DNA of 64,000 bases, taken from Bilabrum cf. latius. Taxonomy: Eukaryota. Positions 39,016 to 51,989 of this stretch are shown in pieces (position 1 is the stretch's first letter; the number at the start of each line of letters is the position of its first letter). The stretch lies in NCBI GenBank assembly GCA_965178125.1, contig OZ237775.1, positions 186,001 through 250,000 on the forward strand, read 5' to 3'. The position numbers were made by a program, and so were the translations under genes. Under the pieces are notes generated by a model. It was given only the letters and a program-made list of their open reading frames with translations. It was not told the origin of the DNA and searched no databases.

Positions 39016-40754
39016 ATGCAGTATTTGCTACCAAGTGTTTCCTTTCTCTTGTATTGTGCGTCGGCGGCACCTCTACACCCCATTAACTCACCCAGGCTGC
39101 CGGCTGATGGGCCTACAGTTTCCATTGATGATTTCGGGGCAATATCCTCCAATTCGTCAGAGGCAGCGGCCCTTTTGAACGCCATGGCCCTAAGATCTGC
39201 ATTATTCAACGTGTCTGGCACCGGTGGAGTTGTGGTGGTGCCGCAAGGTACTTACACAATGATGGGACATGAGCCGGCTGTTGGTATTTCTATGCTTACA
39301 CTGCGCATTGAGGGGACAATAAGTGCCTGGAACAATGCAACACAGTGGCCTAATGATGGCAAGATGTACTATCCGCTGGTTGGTATGGAATAGTGCTCCG
39401 ACATCATTTTCCAGGGCCCAGGGACAATCAATGGCAACGGGTACCTGTGGTGGTGGGCCGAGATTCTGCCGCCTTTTCTAAAGTACCATCGTCCGACACT
39501 CGTCGAAATGTACGGGTGCGAGCGAGTCCGAATCGATCAAGGCCTCACCTCGCTCAACGCGCCGAACTTCCACTTCAACCTCAGGGGCATGCGCGACCTC
39601 GAGATCGACCACGTGACGGTGTACACCGACGTGGAGGGGCAGGCGAGCGGACTGAGGCAGAGAGACGCCTTGCAGGAAATGTCCGCTATAGATCACGGCG
39701 GCAGACTGGTCCCGTGGCACATCGGCCTGGAGGGCGCAGAGCGGGCGCGGCTCGAGGCCCGTGCCCTGGAGCTGCACCCCTTCGGTTTCAACATACCGAC
39801 CTTTCCACTTGTGAGACAGAGAGAGAGCATAGAGTTCCTGCCATTGGCTGCACATGGCAGCTGCCAATATTATAGTGTTGTTGCTCATGGTGGCATTGGC
39901 AGTGGCAGTTGCATTGGATGCGACCATTCCGCCTCACTGCGGCACCTGCCTCTGGATGCCTCTGGAGGAGGGGCTTCCCCGAGCCTCTGGATGCTTTTGC
40001 ATTGCCACGCACACAGTACTGGGAGTGATACATAGCAAGGCTGAAACCCCTATTTATTTCCCCTCTCGCGTCGTTCTCTGCGTCGTTCTCTGCCTCGCAG
40101 AACACGGACGGCTTCGATCTTGCCGGCCAGAACATTTATGTCCACGATTGCAACGTGACCAACTTCGACGACGCCATCGCGGTCAAGCCCACGGATGGGG
40201 CGCCCGGGAACCCCTTCAACCTGACTTGCACTTCGAATCTCACGGCTGAAAACATGCACGTTACATACGGTGTGGGGATGAGCATCGGCTCTGTGCCTCC
40301 CCGCGCAGAGGTCAACTGCGTGGAGAACGTGCTGTTTCGCAACATCACTTTCGATGCGCCTATCAAGGTGGTGTACGTTAAGAGCAACAGGGGGAAGGAA
40401 GGCACCGGGCTGGTTCAGAACATCCGGTACGAGAGCATCCGGTCGAACAACTCGATCTGGTGGCCCGTGTACGTGGGTCCCCAGCAGCAGCTGCAGCCGG
40501 ACGGGGGTGGGGAGGGCTGGTGGCCCGCCACTGTGCCCGAGGTGACCATGCGGAACATTTCCATCTCCGGGATGGAGGCAACTGGGTGCCTGTGGGGCAG
40601 GGCAGGGGCGCTCCGCGGCAACGTGAGCAACCCGCACACGGGGATCGATTTCGATGGAGTGAGCATCCGGGGGTGGAACGCCTCCATGGACTGGGTGTGC
40701 GAGCACACGGAGGGACAGGCTGTGGACACCGTGCCCGTGCCCGGATGCTACTGA
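39016..40754 (+). CDS. Secreted GH28 polygalacturonase-family glycosidase
   Basis: Signal peptide; 'SIDDFGA', 'VVVPQGTY', 'GPGTINGNGYLWW' (reached via TAG 39391); intron 39811-40100 (GTGAGA...CTCGCAG) joins to the catalytic 'NTDGFD', 'NFDDAIAVK' and 'GMSIGS'; TGA end. Confidence 0.85.
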
Positions 40755-40834
40755 TTGTTCGGCTCCCCAGTGACGGATTACCGGAAGCAGTCGAGCAATT
40801 CGCCGCAATTCAAGTCTTCACCACAATTTGAAGC

Positions 40835-43800
40835 ATGGGCCGCGCTGGGCATCAGAATCATATCGTATTGCTTGCTATGATAGGCCTGATGCATTGCCAA
40901 GCTGCACGTGGTTTCTCACCTGCAACTTTCGTCCGGCAGCAGCACCACGAGCTCACCAACGGGCATGCATTCGACCAATACGCTTCAGTCGGTCGAGCAC
41001 TTTTGAATGGCCTCGCTTAGCAACCCCTGTGCAATAACCCGACAGAATCGCTAGGTGCTCCAGTGTCTCATGCGGATTGCTAGCTGCCGTTGCTGGCAAT
41101 CTCGGACCAAATTCACACTCCGCGTGCTTGGCTGGATGATGAGCGCACAAGAGTGTTTTCGATCCCAGTTTCGCATCTTGGAACTAGTAATGACACCGCG
41201 CTTCCTCGCCATGCGGGGTCGACTGACGGTTTGATGTACACGATGAACAGCTGGTTCGATTCTCGCGGCGGAGCCCGTCGCGTTGGAGGCAAGACGGTCT
41301 GGTACGCAAGCAGGATTCGATTCCTCATCGCGATTGATTCAATTCTGGGGGCATCTATCACTGCTGGAAGAACCACCGGAACCTCTCGCCAGTCGATCAA
41401 GGAGCAAGGGGGACCGCCCGGGAACAGCCGCATCGACTGGCCTTGGGGAGGCGACTGGAGGGTGGAGTGCGCTCTGATGCCCGAGCCGCCATCATCGCCA
41501 CCAGGCATGTCCAGCGGCGCGCAGCCCACTCGAGATCAGTTCAGGTCACTGGAATGGACACAAGGGTGGATCGCTTCGGACTACCTGAACCGGTACGTGG
41601 CGGAGCGCAAGCCGTGGGTGTCCCACTCACAGCTAGAGGTGCAATGCCCCGACCTGGCTGCAGGCGAACATGGTGTGACGAGCGTGGTCCCACAGGCCGG
41701 GGCAGCTGATTCTGATGGGAGCCCGAGCCGCCTGAATCGGCTGGGTATGTTCCGCTTCGTGCTGCCTGGCGGCGCCGCGCAGATCGTGTCAGACCCCGCC
41801 ATCGTGCAGGTGCCTGGTTTGGGGTGGTTCGGCAGCACAGGCGCATCGCACGGTGATGTTGGTGCTGATGCTGGCACTAGCCCCGGCCGAGATGAGACAG
41901 ACGGGGCACCCAGCACGAGCAAACCAGGCCCGCCAGCAGCAGCGGATGGAACAACAGCGGAGGGAACAACAGCGGAGGGAACAACAGCGGAGGGAACAAC
42001 AGCGGAGGGAGGCACTGCCCCACCTGCTCCCGAGGCGCAGCAGCCCACTGGAGACCAGCCCGGCCCCGGCCCCGGCTCCAGTCCAAGCCCCAGCTCAGCC
42101 CCTACCCCTGGCAGCGGTGCGGTCCTGCGGCCCTGGTCCAGGGAACACCACGAGGACAAGCGCGGGAGGCGAGCGTCTGATAGTGTGACGAGTGCGAAAC
42201 CCCTGGTGTGCGTTTTGCTGGGCAAGCTCTACGGTCAGGTCGCCCTGATGGATCAATTTTTGGACGCGAGGGACTCTCTGGGAATCGATCTCGCGCTCGT
42301 GTACGCGGCACCAGACCTGTTCCTCACCGACCCGCGGGCGTGGGCGGCGCTCCGTCAGGCCGCCGAGGAGAAATGGCTCCGAGTTGTTCTCTGGCCGCCG
42401 CCCTCGGTGTACGCCTCCATGCTGGCAAGGAAGCAGGCCGTGTTCATCGGCGCGCAGATCCACGCCAACCTAGATGCAGTGCTGAGGATGAGGCATGCCA
42501 CGCACTGGCTGTACAACGGAGACCCTGACGAAAGCATGGTGGTCGCGGGGAACAGTCGCAGCCGCAGCCGCGCTGCTTCGGAACTCTCAACCGCCCCCGC
42601 CCCCCCAGGAAGCGGTGGGCAGCCGGACCCGCCCACGCACCAGGCGGGCTGGTCCTCTTCCCTTAGGCCCCTCCTCGCCTCGTTGCTGCCCAGGGGGGAG
42701 GGGCCCATCGCCAGGTTCGTGCCCAGGAGCGCACTCGTCACATCGCAGCGCGGACCTGCCTCCCGCGCGATGAAGTACCCCCCCGGGACGTGCTTCAGCC
42801 GCATCCAGCGGCAGTGGGAGGAGGATACATGGAGAAAAGGGGCCTATTGCGTGCAGGATAGCGCAGGTGCGGGTACCGCGGCTGGATCGAGCCGGCAGCT
42901 GCAGGGAGTTGTACCTTCTACCGGTGGCAGTGGTAGGGGTGGCAGCGATTTGTCAATTTCTGATGGTGATGGCACGGCACCCGCCCGGCCAAGGTCTAGG
43001 TTAGCCGGTGCCAGGATGACAGGTGTGACGAATGCGGAGGATACAGCCCCATACAGTGCCTTAGACGAGGGCCTGGATAAGATCCGCGGGACGCACCCTT
43101 CTCTAGGCGCTGCTGCCCAGGTGCACACGCGAGTGGATGCAGCGTCAGCACCGGGTCATGACCCTGCCACGCAGGAAGTTCGCCTGCCCTCTGGGGGTGA
43201 TTTCACCGAGAATTCTATATCTCCGATGGGAGAGGAGCAAATCAAGCAGCAGTACTTTGCGTCATACAGTCGGGCGGCATGCGGGCAGGTGTTGGTAGAG
43301 GCGTACGACGTTCTGGTGGATTGCGCAGAGAAGCCATCAGGTGGTGATGGTGGTGGTGCATCAGCAACAGCTCGGGTTCTTCGCGATGGAGATCGCAGAA
43401 AATCCAGTCGCATAGGAATGTCCGCGTCCGAGTCGGCATCACATGCGCAAGCCGCGCCAAACAATGGTGTGCGGCAGCTAGAATCAGGCGATATCGGCAG
43501 CCCTGCTGCCCGCGCTTGCGACGGGGCTTCGTATCCGTTGAGTGATCCGGCCGGCGAGCTGTTCCGCGCAGCTACCCCTGACTCGCCCCCCTGGTCCAGC
43601 GGAAAGGTACCCGTCTCCGGATGGGTCGAATTCACCAAGCCCATCGTGAGGCCGGCGGTCGTGGACGCTGCGGGGGTGCACAGGATGTCTCGCTTCCGAT
43701 GGCAGCCCGACGATGATACGGATGGGATCCAGTGGGCAGGGCTTGCGCAGCAAGGGGCTGCACCCTCCGCCGGTGATGGCTATGAGGCAGCGCTACCGCC

Positions 43801-44278
43801 AGTGCCACTGAGCTGCCGCCTGCCCGCATGTGATGCGAAGATCTACCACATGACAAGGAACCATCTGGGTGGCTGGCGGGGCCAGTGCGGGAGCTTGCAG
43901 ATGCAGGTGTGGGAGGTGAGCTCGCTTCCGAGGGTTATCTGGATGGCAGGGATAGTGGCAACCGGTTTGCTGGTGTTGTTTGGTTTTGCGTGCAGAAGGT
44001 GCATGACCGGCCCCCCTGGCAGGACCAGTCCCGCTGGCTCGGCGTCGCACGAATCGCAGCAGTTCCGGTGCAGCCGCATGACGGCTCTGTGTCGGGAATG
44101 GGGGGGTGGGGGTGCAGTTTGGCGAATGGCGGGACTGCTTTGGGGAGGCCAGTCCCAGGCAGGCAGACTATCCGGATCTAGTCAGGCGGGATGCCATGGT
44201 GCCGGCGAAATGAAAGCGATCTCTGGCGGGCATGCCGTGTAGGCAGGACGGGTGCATGCTGGGGGCAAGGCCGATTGA
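40835..44278 (+). CDS. Membrane-anchored glycosyltransferase-like protein (GT92/DUF23-like; ~1,147 aa)
   Basis: Hydrophobic N-terminus joined via TAGs 41018 and 41081; 'NLDAVLRMRHATHWLYNGDPDE' (DxD-type) and 'TKPIVRPAVVDAAGVH' resemble GT92 motifs; C-terminal TM 'VIWMAGIVATGLLVLFGFA'; TAG 44240 then TGA 44276-44278. Confidence 0.55.
41948..42010 (+). repeat. 15-bp coding tandem repeat (GTTAE)x4
   Basis: GGAACAACAGCGGAG repeated four times inside the GT92-like gene. Confidence 0.9.
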
Positions 44279-44636
44279 TGCATTTGGGGAGTAGGGATCT
44301 GAGCAAACTCTCTGGGGTGCAATTCACAAGACTTTGATGCGTGAGATAATTTGAAACATACTGATGAAGTAGTTTTATTTCGAGGGAGGCACGACACGTG
44401 GACCCAGAGCGCGGACCCATGGATCCGGAATATAATCCAGACTAGGCCAGGCCTTGCTCTCTGCAGATGCATGCGCTCCACATCCCATCTGGTTCGATCC
44501 AACCCCGTCACATTAAATCCTACCTGGTCGAAGCTAAGGCCTGCTCGACACGAGGCCCAACTGGCGTGAAACCATCCAGGCAGGCAGACAGGCAGACACA
44601 TGGTTTGCACCTGTAGAAGGGACAGTTCCCTCAGGC

Positions 44637-47600
44637 TCAGTGAAACAGGGGCGTCCCATCCGCCAGCAGCCAGGGCCGGCCCACATCCCTGCCCTCGAAC
44701 AGGTGCGACCGCACAGCGTCATCGCGGTAGTCCTCGTGCAGGTGGTCGGGCACGTCATCACCCGACTCGAGCAGGCGGCCAGTCATGGGATCCTGGTTGG
44801 CAAGCAGCCGCTCCAGCATCGTGCGCTGCACCTCTGCTTCGGACAGATCCTCTAACCCAACCCACTCGTTGATGTGGGGGTCAGACTCGCGGGCAGCTGC
44901 CGCTGCAGCCACCGCATCCACGCCCCTGAGAGCTTGCAGGCTTCGGCGGCGGAAGACGAGGGCGTTCTCATCCGCGATCGTGCGCACTCGCTGTGCCGTT
45001 GAGAACGGGGGTGCGAACCTGGTCCTGTTGAGGTTCATCGCGACCCACTGCATCAGAGCGCTTCCATCAAAACCGGCCTGGGCATACGTGTCGTCGGCGG
45101 TCATCATGGCTTGCATGACGTCTGCATACGCCTGGGTGGCGGGAAGCCCGCACAGGAAGGGGTACGTCGTCAGGTTGGAGGGAACGAAGGACGTGTTGCG
45201 CTGCGAAGGGGCCCCGTTGCTGTCCCAGATATACCCCTCATACCAGTTGGCCACGAAGAACTCGTCCAGGAACCACGGCACGCTGCGGTCGTAGTAGTCG
45301 TCAAACTCGCCCGTGCCCACGTGGATGCTTCCCACGAACCACTCACGGCAGATCGACCCCGTGTCGGCCACGAATTGCACTAGTTCGTCCGATGCTGCCT
45401 CTCGAGCTGTCCTTGTGACACTTGGCTGCACCCTGCCTAGGGTGCGGATGGTGGGCTGCGTCTTGTAGTGGAACAGTGAGGGGCCCTGCACCAGGTTCTC
45501 ATCGTCGTCATAGCCCGGGGGCCTCATGCTGATGGTGCGCGGGACGTACTCATCGGTCAGCAGGGCAGTGAGCAGGTCTTGCGCTGACACGAACCGGAAC
45601 GCGTCGTACGTGAACACCATGATGCGGGCCGCACACTGGTCACGGGATCCGATGCCCTGGACGCACCTGGAGTCTCCTGGGGACAGCGTAAGCGTCTCTG
45701 GTCCGAACGAGTCGAAGTTGTCCACGTCCTTGGTCCCTTGCAGAAACTAGGTGGCGCAGGATAGCTGCTTATATGAAAGCTTGCACTTGCCAGGAGGGGT
45801 TAGACTACCATCAAGGTCCGACATAAAGTAGTACTCCACTGGCCCGGGAAAATCCAGCAGGTCCTGCCAGCGGTCACCCCAACTGGGAATCAAGTCAAGA
45901 TCCAAGGGCCTGATACCCCAGCTAAGAGTCATAGCAGTGGCATTGCTCGGTGCGTCCGACCCATCGAATCCGTCGATTACCCAAACAAAGCTGCCTGCCG
46001 CGTGGAAGCTCTCCGTCGAGCGGATTTCGTCGCTCGCGATCAAGATCGGGGAGGCCGTCTCGACCTTGTAGGTCTGGTTCGCGAACACGGGGAACTAAAA
46101 GGTGGAGCTGCTCGAGGACTCCCCCGTTGCCACCACGCTGTTGCCGTCCGTGTTGCGGACCGTGACGGTGGCGGCAATCTGAGTGGGTGCCTGCTCCCTG
46201 ATGTCGCGGATGGCGACAGTGACCACGTCGGGGCTCGCAGAGGGCGTCTGCGGTGGAGACACGGGAATGAGATGGGTCGGGAAACGGAGAGTTGAAATGC
46301 ATCGGTGCAACCTACATTTGGGGCGACCGTTGCTAGATGCGAAAGCAAGCTAGTGATGCTGCTCACAATGGATGGCGTTGGGGAGCTACTTGGGCTGCTG
46401 CTCGGAGTCGGGCTGCTGCTCGGGCTGTTGCTGGGCGTGATGCTCGGGCTGGGGCTGTTGCTGGGCGTGGGGCTGTTGCTGGGCGTTGGGCTGTTGCTGG
46501 GCGTAGGGCTGCTGCTGGGCGTTGGGCTGTTGCTCGGCGTTGGGCTGTTGCTGGGCGTTGGGCTGTTGCTCGGGCTGCTGCTCGGGCTGGGGCTGGGCGT
46601 GATGCTCGGGCTGGGGCTGTTGCTGGGCGTGGGGCTGTTGCTGGGCGTGGGGCTGTTGCTGGGCGTGGGGCTGTTGCTGGGCGTGGGGCTGTTGCTCGGG
46701 CTGCTGCTCGTGCTCGGGCTGGGGCTGGGCGTGATGCTCGGGCTGGGGCTGTTGCTGGGCGTGGGGCTGTTGCTGGGCGTAGGGCTGTTGCTGGGCGTAG
46801 GGCTGTTGCTGGGCGTGGGGCTGTTGCTGGGCGTGGGGCTGTTGCTGGGCGTGGGGCTGTTGCTCGGGCTGCTGCTCGTGCTCGGGCTGGGGCTGGGGCT
46901 GGGGCTGGCCGTAGTGCTTGGAGTGGGGGTAGGCAGCACCGGGATGGCCCCGTACTTGACGGGGTCCTGCCTCGGCACAGCTCGGATGCCCGAGCCTGCT
47001 GGGCTGCTGGCGGCCAGTTGCTCCTGCAGGCCTTGCTCGAGGCTGCCGTCCTCGATGGAGTCCGCCAGGGTCTCTGCCGCGTCACTGGCTTCTTGCTGGG
47101 ATGGGAAACCCACAGTTGCGGTCAGCACGAATCCTTCGCCCTCGGAACTCGGCGCGAGCTGCAGCAGGACGTCGTCGGGCTCCACTCCAAGAAGCATCGC
47201 AATAGTGTTTGTGCTGTTCTGGACGTCTCCGCATCCAATGGTAGCCCCACCCGCGTTCAAGTCAATGGCTATGCTGCTGTAGAAGTTGTGCTGCCGGTTG
47301 AAAGCATCTGTTGCATCGGTTGAGACAGCGCTGCTCGACACGCTGTTCGGGGAGCAACCACCACCATCTGCCGAGGTTTCTTCCTCGGTTGTACCGACGT
47401 CCGTAGACTCGCTTGCATCCTCTTGAAATACTACAAAGGCCATGAGGAGTGCTGCGAGTAGCACGCACACAAGCACACCACAACCAATCCACAGGCCACA
47501 AGCACCGCGACACGAGCTCCTTTTCACCGGCTTTTTGGGATCTGCGGTCTCTTCAGGAAGCGCAAACTCGTTCCCATGTTTTTTATGCTAATCATCAGAT

Positions 47601-47692
47601 CCCCTTGACGAGCGAGCTGTCTAGTTTTCCCTTGAAATAGGATTGCTGCCGGCGAAGTTTACGTGCGGTGAGACGGAAGAGGCTTGTTGCAT
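44637..47692 (-). CDS. Type II membrane protein with mucin-like PTPSNS stalk and YfaP/DUF2135-like domain (~978 aa)
   Basis: Exon 1 47692-46367 (TAGs 47621, 47588; TM 'LWIGCGVLVCVLLAALLMAFVVF'), intron 46366-46248 (GTGAGC...CCGCAG), exon 2 46247-44637 (TAGs 46095, 45747). 'MTLSWGIRPLDLDL' and 'DVDNFDSFGPETLTL' resemble the YfaP-type motif pair. Ends TGA. Confidence 0.6.
46375..46910 (-). repeat. 18-bp coding tandem array encoding (PTPSNS)n with higher-order blocks
   Basis: GGGCTGTTGCTGGGCGTG-type units on the + strand, punctuated by recurring 'PSPSITPSPSPS' blocks. Confidence 0.95.
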
Positions 47693-48422
47693 CTGCGATA
47701 TCCAATGGACAATCGCAAGTGTACTGCGCTCTGATTGCAGAACACACTTTAAGGAGTGAATGATATGCCTGGCAGGATTACTCTCACCTCAATTGCACTA
47801 ATGCGCAGGTTGATGTTGAAAGCAACGAACGCAATTAGAAAACTTTACTCTACAAAATAACTTGAAGTAACGCGCGGTTTTGGGGCTTCCGAAATTCTGA
47901 TGATCGGAATCCGATCTGGTTCACCCCTGAGCGCAACCCCACCCAAATGTAGGCCCCTTTCCTGGCTAGAATTGTGAAGGTAACCCCTTGGCGGAGTCTG
48001 AGCTGCGCCGAACACGACCTCATTGGCTGATCAGTGAACACGACGCGTGCCTCCTTTTCGCGCCATGCTACGGCTCGCCTTTCAGTCGTCACCCAGCACC
48101 AGCACCAGCACGCTCGCGGGGAACATCGTGTTTGCCACACTATGTACCTAAGGGCCATGCAGGTCCACTCAAGGATCCTCGAGTTTGTCTCCAAGGGATC
48201 GAGGAGGCCAGCAGCGTAGGCCAAACGGGCGCTCGTTAGGGCAGTTCAGGAGGACTAGATCTATGCCAGCCTGGCTGCTGCTGGGGCAGCTAAAAGTAAC
48301 AACCACGCCATGGCGGTCACTACTGGCAACTCCCCAAGGGGACCTGGGCCTAAACCCCTGCTCCAGCGTCTTCCATCCCGCAGCAACCCTTACAAGTGCT
48401 CGATACGCTTTGTCACATGCAA

Positions 48423-49721
48423 TCACGCGCGGTCACTATGGACGGGATTCACGGCGAACACGTCAATGGAGCCCTGCGCTAGCCCAGAGCCCCTACTTCC
48501 CCCGCTCCCCCGCCCGAACCGCCCCCTTTCACCCCTGCCACCACCCGCGACTGCTGCCGTTCGAAGCGCCTCAATCCCCTCCATCTCATCCATGCCCGTG
48601 CCCCCGCCCATGCCCCCGCCCATCACCCACACACCACCTTCATCCCCCCTTCCCCCTCTCCGGCCAGGGGCCAGCGCCCTCCCGCAGCAGCACAGCCACA
48701 CGCAGAGGTAGGGGCACCTAGCCTCGCACGCCCTGCTCCCCGCCTCCCACAAGGGCCTGCCCTCCCTTCTGCCGCAGAACACGCACGACCAGAACGCCAG
48801 CAGCAGGCATGCCGTCGCGACCCCAAACACGTAAACCGGAAGTAGCGACGCGGCCGGGGCGGGCTCCAGCGTCCTCACTGGCATGGCAAGGTAGGGCCCC
48901 TGGTATGGGTCGTACCAGCACTAGCTGGGGGCGGGGGGGCCCACTGGCCGTTTGCCGGGGCTAGTCGGGTGCATGTACTGTGTGTCAATGCTTTCGATCG
49001 CCACTGAGGATGGCAAGCGGGCATGGGAGCGCCTGGCGTTCGCACGATCGCTGCCGGGTGTGACGTGGTGAGGGCCCGCGAGGGTGGACCTCCTCCTGTC
49101 CAAATGGGCGCCTTCCTTCCAGGCGTGCCTTGCATTCGACGGCTTGTCAGACCGTGCGAGATGGTACTCGGCTGGAGAGCGCGATGGGTGGGACCTGTTT
49201 ATTTTGCCGAGCTGCCGCAGCGCCGCAGGGGAGGCCCGGTGTTCAGTTGTGAATTCCAATTGAGACGGGGGCGGCTCCGGCAGTTCCAGCCCCAGCCGGC
49301 GATAGGCGTACGATATCGCCTCTGGAACGGTAAAGAAGCTTCTATCTCTCTCCGAAAATGCAACCATGCTATTTCGGCTTGCCGTAGTATCGATTTGCAC
49401 AAGAAAACGAGGACCAAAGCAGTCAACGTCAGCTTCGACGCAGTCATCCTCATCGTCACTTCCATCACCCGCATCCTGCGCATCTTCGCCGCAAAGTTCA
49501 ATTTCACACCGACCCTGCTCGATGGAAAAGTCCAACAGCGCACAAGAGTCGGCCGGAAGAAACGTATCCACCTCGTATGCTGTGATAGCGTAATTCGACA
49601 TGTACACCACCGTAATGAACCAAGCTAGCACTACTGTCGCACAAATAAGCTATGCTCTGCCGGGAATATCTTTTACGCAGCACTTAAGGAGCTCCAACAG
49701 GCCGGCACAGCAGCCGCACAT
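48423..49721 (-). CDS. Two-TM membrane protein with Cys-rich extracellular loop (~432 aa)
   Basis: ORFs 48921..49631 and 48423..48884 are in one frame (TAGs 49650, 48921). TM1 'LICATVVLAWFITVVY', loop Cys residues ending 'CWYDP', TM2 'LLPVYVFGVATACLLLAFW'; TGA 48423. Confidence 0.65.
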
Positions 49722-49968
49722 GCTCAGGGTGGACTTTCCGGCAATATCAGATTCGTCAATCAATCGAGAGAGAATTCCATTCGTTTTCCCTATCCCGGGT
49801 ATCTATTGCACTGGTAGGTAAGTTAATCATACAAACTGAACATTGCAGTCGATCGGTTTGAGCCTGGGTAACGTTCTGCACCTGGGACAGTTTCCTCTGG
49901 TATATTGCATTATAGCGTGCTGTTGACTTCGTTGCCGTTGCCCCGGATCCCTCTTTGAAGCACTAGCC

Positions 49969-50754
49969 ATGGCATCCTACGCAGATTCTGGCGAAGGAAA
50001 TCCTTTTGATGGTCTTGAAGGCCCTCGAATGAAGCAGCAACGTCAGGTGCTGAAGAAGATGCTGGACACATGGCTCGCGAGCGTGCCGCTCGAAAGTTTT
50101 CGAAGTGCTCTGCCGACCCTCGCAAAGGGGGCGGGCTCTTCCAGGGTAAGTTTGCGCCCCTCATATCATAGTAGCTGCCCAAGATGCATCGCACGTTTGG
50201 ACCAAAGCCGTCGAGAGTAGGCCAGCATGCACGCATTCTTTGAAAACGCGTTTCTGCTTTTTTGCAAATTGGCGCAGCTGTTGGACTCCCTCTCTGTCGA
50301 CATGATCACTGCGGTGCGCGCTAACATCGAGAGCGAATTTGACGCCATCTGCTCGGAGCTGGGTGTCGCGGAGCGCCTCAACGGGTTGGACCGGCTGGAG
50401 ATCGAGCAGAAAGAATACAAGGAGGCAGACGGCACTCGCGCCCGCCGCGTCAGACCATCCTCATCGGCCCCCTTGGCAGCATTGAAAAAACAGGTACTGG
50501 AAGCGAGACGGGCCGAGCTGGAACAGCTCCGCGCAGCGCGGCAGGAGCTGTCGCAGGGCAACGAGGCGCTGGAGCAGGAGGTGGGCGAGCTGCACGCCAG
50601 GGCAGAGGCGGTGAGGGCTCGCATCGACGAATCCAAGGTCAGGATGCAGGGGGCCGCCGACATCGCGGAGGGGTTTCATGCCGCGTCCAGCAAGGCGGCA
50701 GGAGAGGCCTAGGCCTAGGTGGGTAGTGGCAAAGGGCCGGAGTCCGGCACTTGA
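49969..50754 (+). CDS. NNF1: Kinetochore MIS12-complex subunit Nnf1/PMF1-like
   Basis: Exons 49969-50145 and 50278-50754 (GTAAGT...GCGCAG, phase 0); 'FRSALPTL...NIESEFDAICSELGVAERLNGLDRL' plus a C-terminal coiled coil; two TAGs (50710, 50716) before TGA 50752-50754. Confidence 0.65.
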
Positions 50755-50879
50755 GGTGGCGGGTGAGTCAGTGGCTGGGTGGGGGCCTCTGTCACGTAGC
50801 TAGATCTAGCATCTTAGTCATGTGCTACCATCTGTACTGCGCTGCACTGCACTGCAATGGCCTGGCCTGGCCGACTGCT

Positions 50880-50978
50880 TCAGCATCGGCATCAGCATCG
50901 GCATCAGCATCGGCATCAGCATTGGCATCAGCATCGGCATCGGCATCAGCATCGGCATCGGCATCAGCATCGGCATCA
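50880..50978. repeat. Hexanucleotide microsatellite (GCATCR)n, about 16 units
   Basis: Alternating GCATCG/GCATCA units, directly visible. Confidence 0.9.
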
Positions 50979-51989
50979 AGTGGGCTCATGCTCGGGCTCG
51001 GGGTCGTGCTCGTGCTGCCACGGCCAAGGGAACGCGGCCTGGGTGAGTCAGGGGAGTGGAGGCAGAAGGGGGCCGTGCACATAAATGGGCAACATCGCGG
51101 GGCAGTGGGCCCTTCCACAGCAGATAAGGGGGTGGGGGAGAGGGCACGCATTGCATTCAAAGTTGGTGATTCTCCTGCTGTGCGTGACAGCACCCGGCTG
51201 CGTTGAGTTGCTGGGCTGGCAGTTGGTGAGCTGGCCTTACACTACCAACCCGAAGTAGCAGGTGCCGATACTCTTTGCGTGCCATGTCTGCCGCGGGTAC
51301 GCGTTGGGGTCGCGTTGCTGCCCGTAGACAATGAAGGGGTACTTCGTGCCAAATGTTGCGGTTTCAGCCGGACATGAAGGCACCAGCGGCAACCGCCGCG
51401 TGTGACTATTTTCGGGTCATGCGGTAGCGTTGCTCTTGCTTGGCTCAACGTTGTACGGCAAGTTGTAATCTTTCGCATGCCACATCGATCTTGCGAATCT
51501 CGAAACTAGATCTACTCGGAAGCTAGAAAGCAGGTCAGATCCTGGTCTCTGTGCAATTTTACAACCATTATCCTGTCGATTATTTGGCTACAATGAACAG
51601 CCCCTCCTACAGATGAACAGCCTTGCAAACGATTGTGGAGAGTTCTTAATAGACCTAGGGGCCTATTGCCCTTGTAGTACTAGTAGCGCGTATATTTGCG
51701 ACTGTGTGAGAAATCGGATTTTCGATCGCTTGCATGCAAAAGACTCTTTCAGCATTCTTCCTAGGAACAACCTTTATTTGTTTAGCTGGTTGAACCTGCA
51801 TTTACTATTTTACTCTTTAAATATCGCGGTAAGGATGTACTCTTCAATAATAGTTTGCATGAAAGGTAGTTTTACCATCTGTTTGTGTTTACCGTTCACC
51901 TCATTCTGTGGTATGTCGTGCATCTCGGCAAGATGTGTGGATTTTCCAATCAAAACAAGAATTTCGTAATAGTAAGACTTCGCAGGTCA

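Noticed and set aside
46305-47323. + strand 'LLLGVG' / 'AVAGR' repeat ORFs
   Set aside because: Antisense shadows of the (PTPSNS)n stalk of the - strand gene.
47850-48420. Short ORFs between the YfaP-like and 2-TM genes
   Set aside because: No homology cues or coherent gene structure.
50792-51478. Possible - strand ORF (51478 onward via TAGs 51242 and 50825) with a (DA)n tract
   Set aside because: No recognisable domain; its openness is partly explained by the microsatellite and by TAG no longer being a stop.
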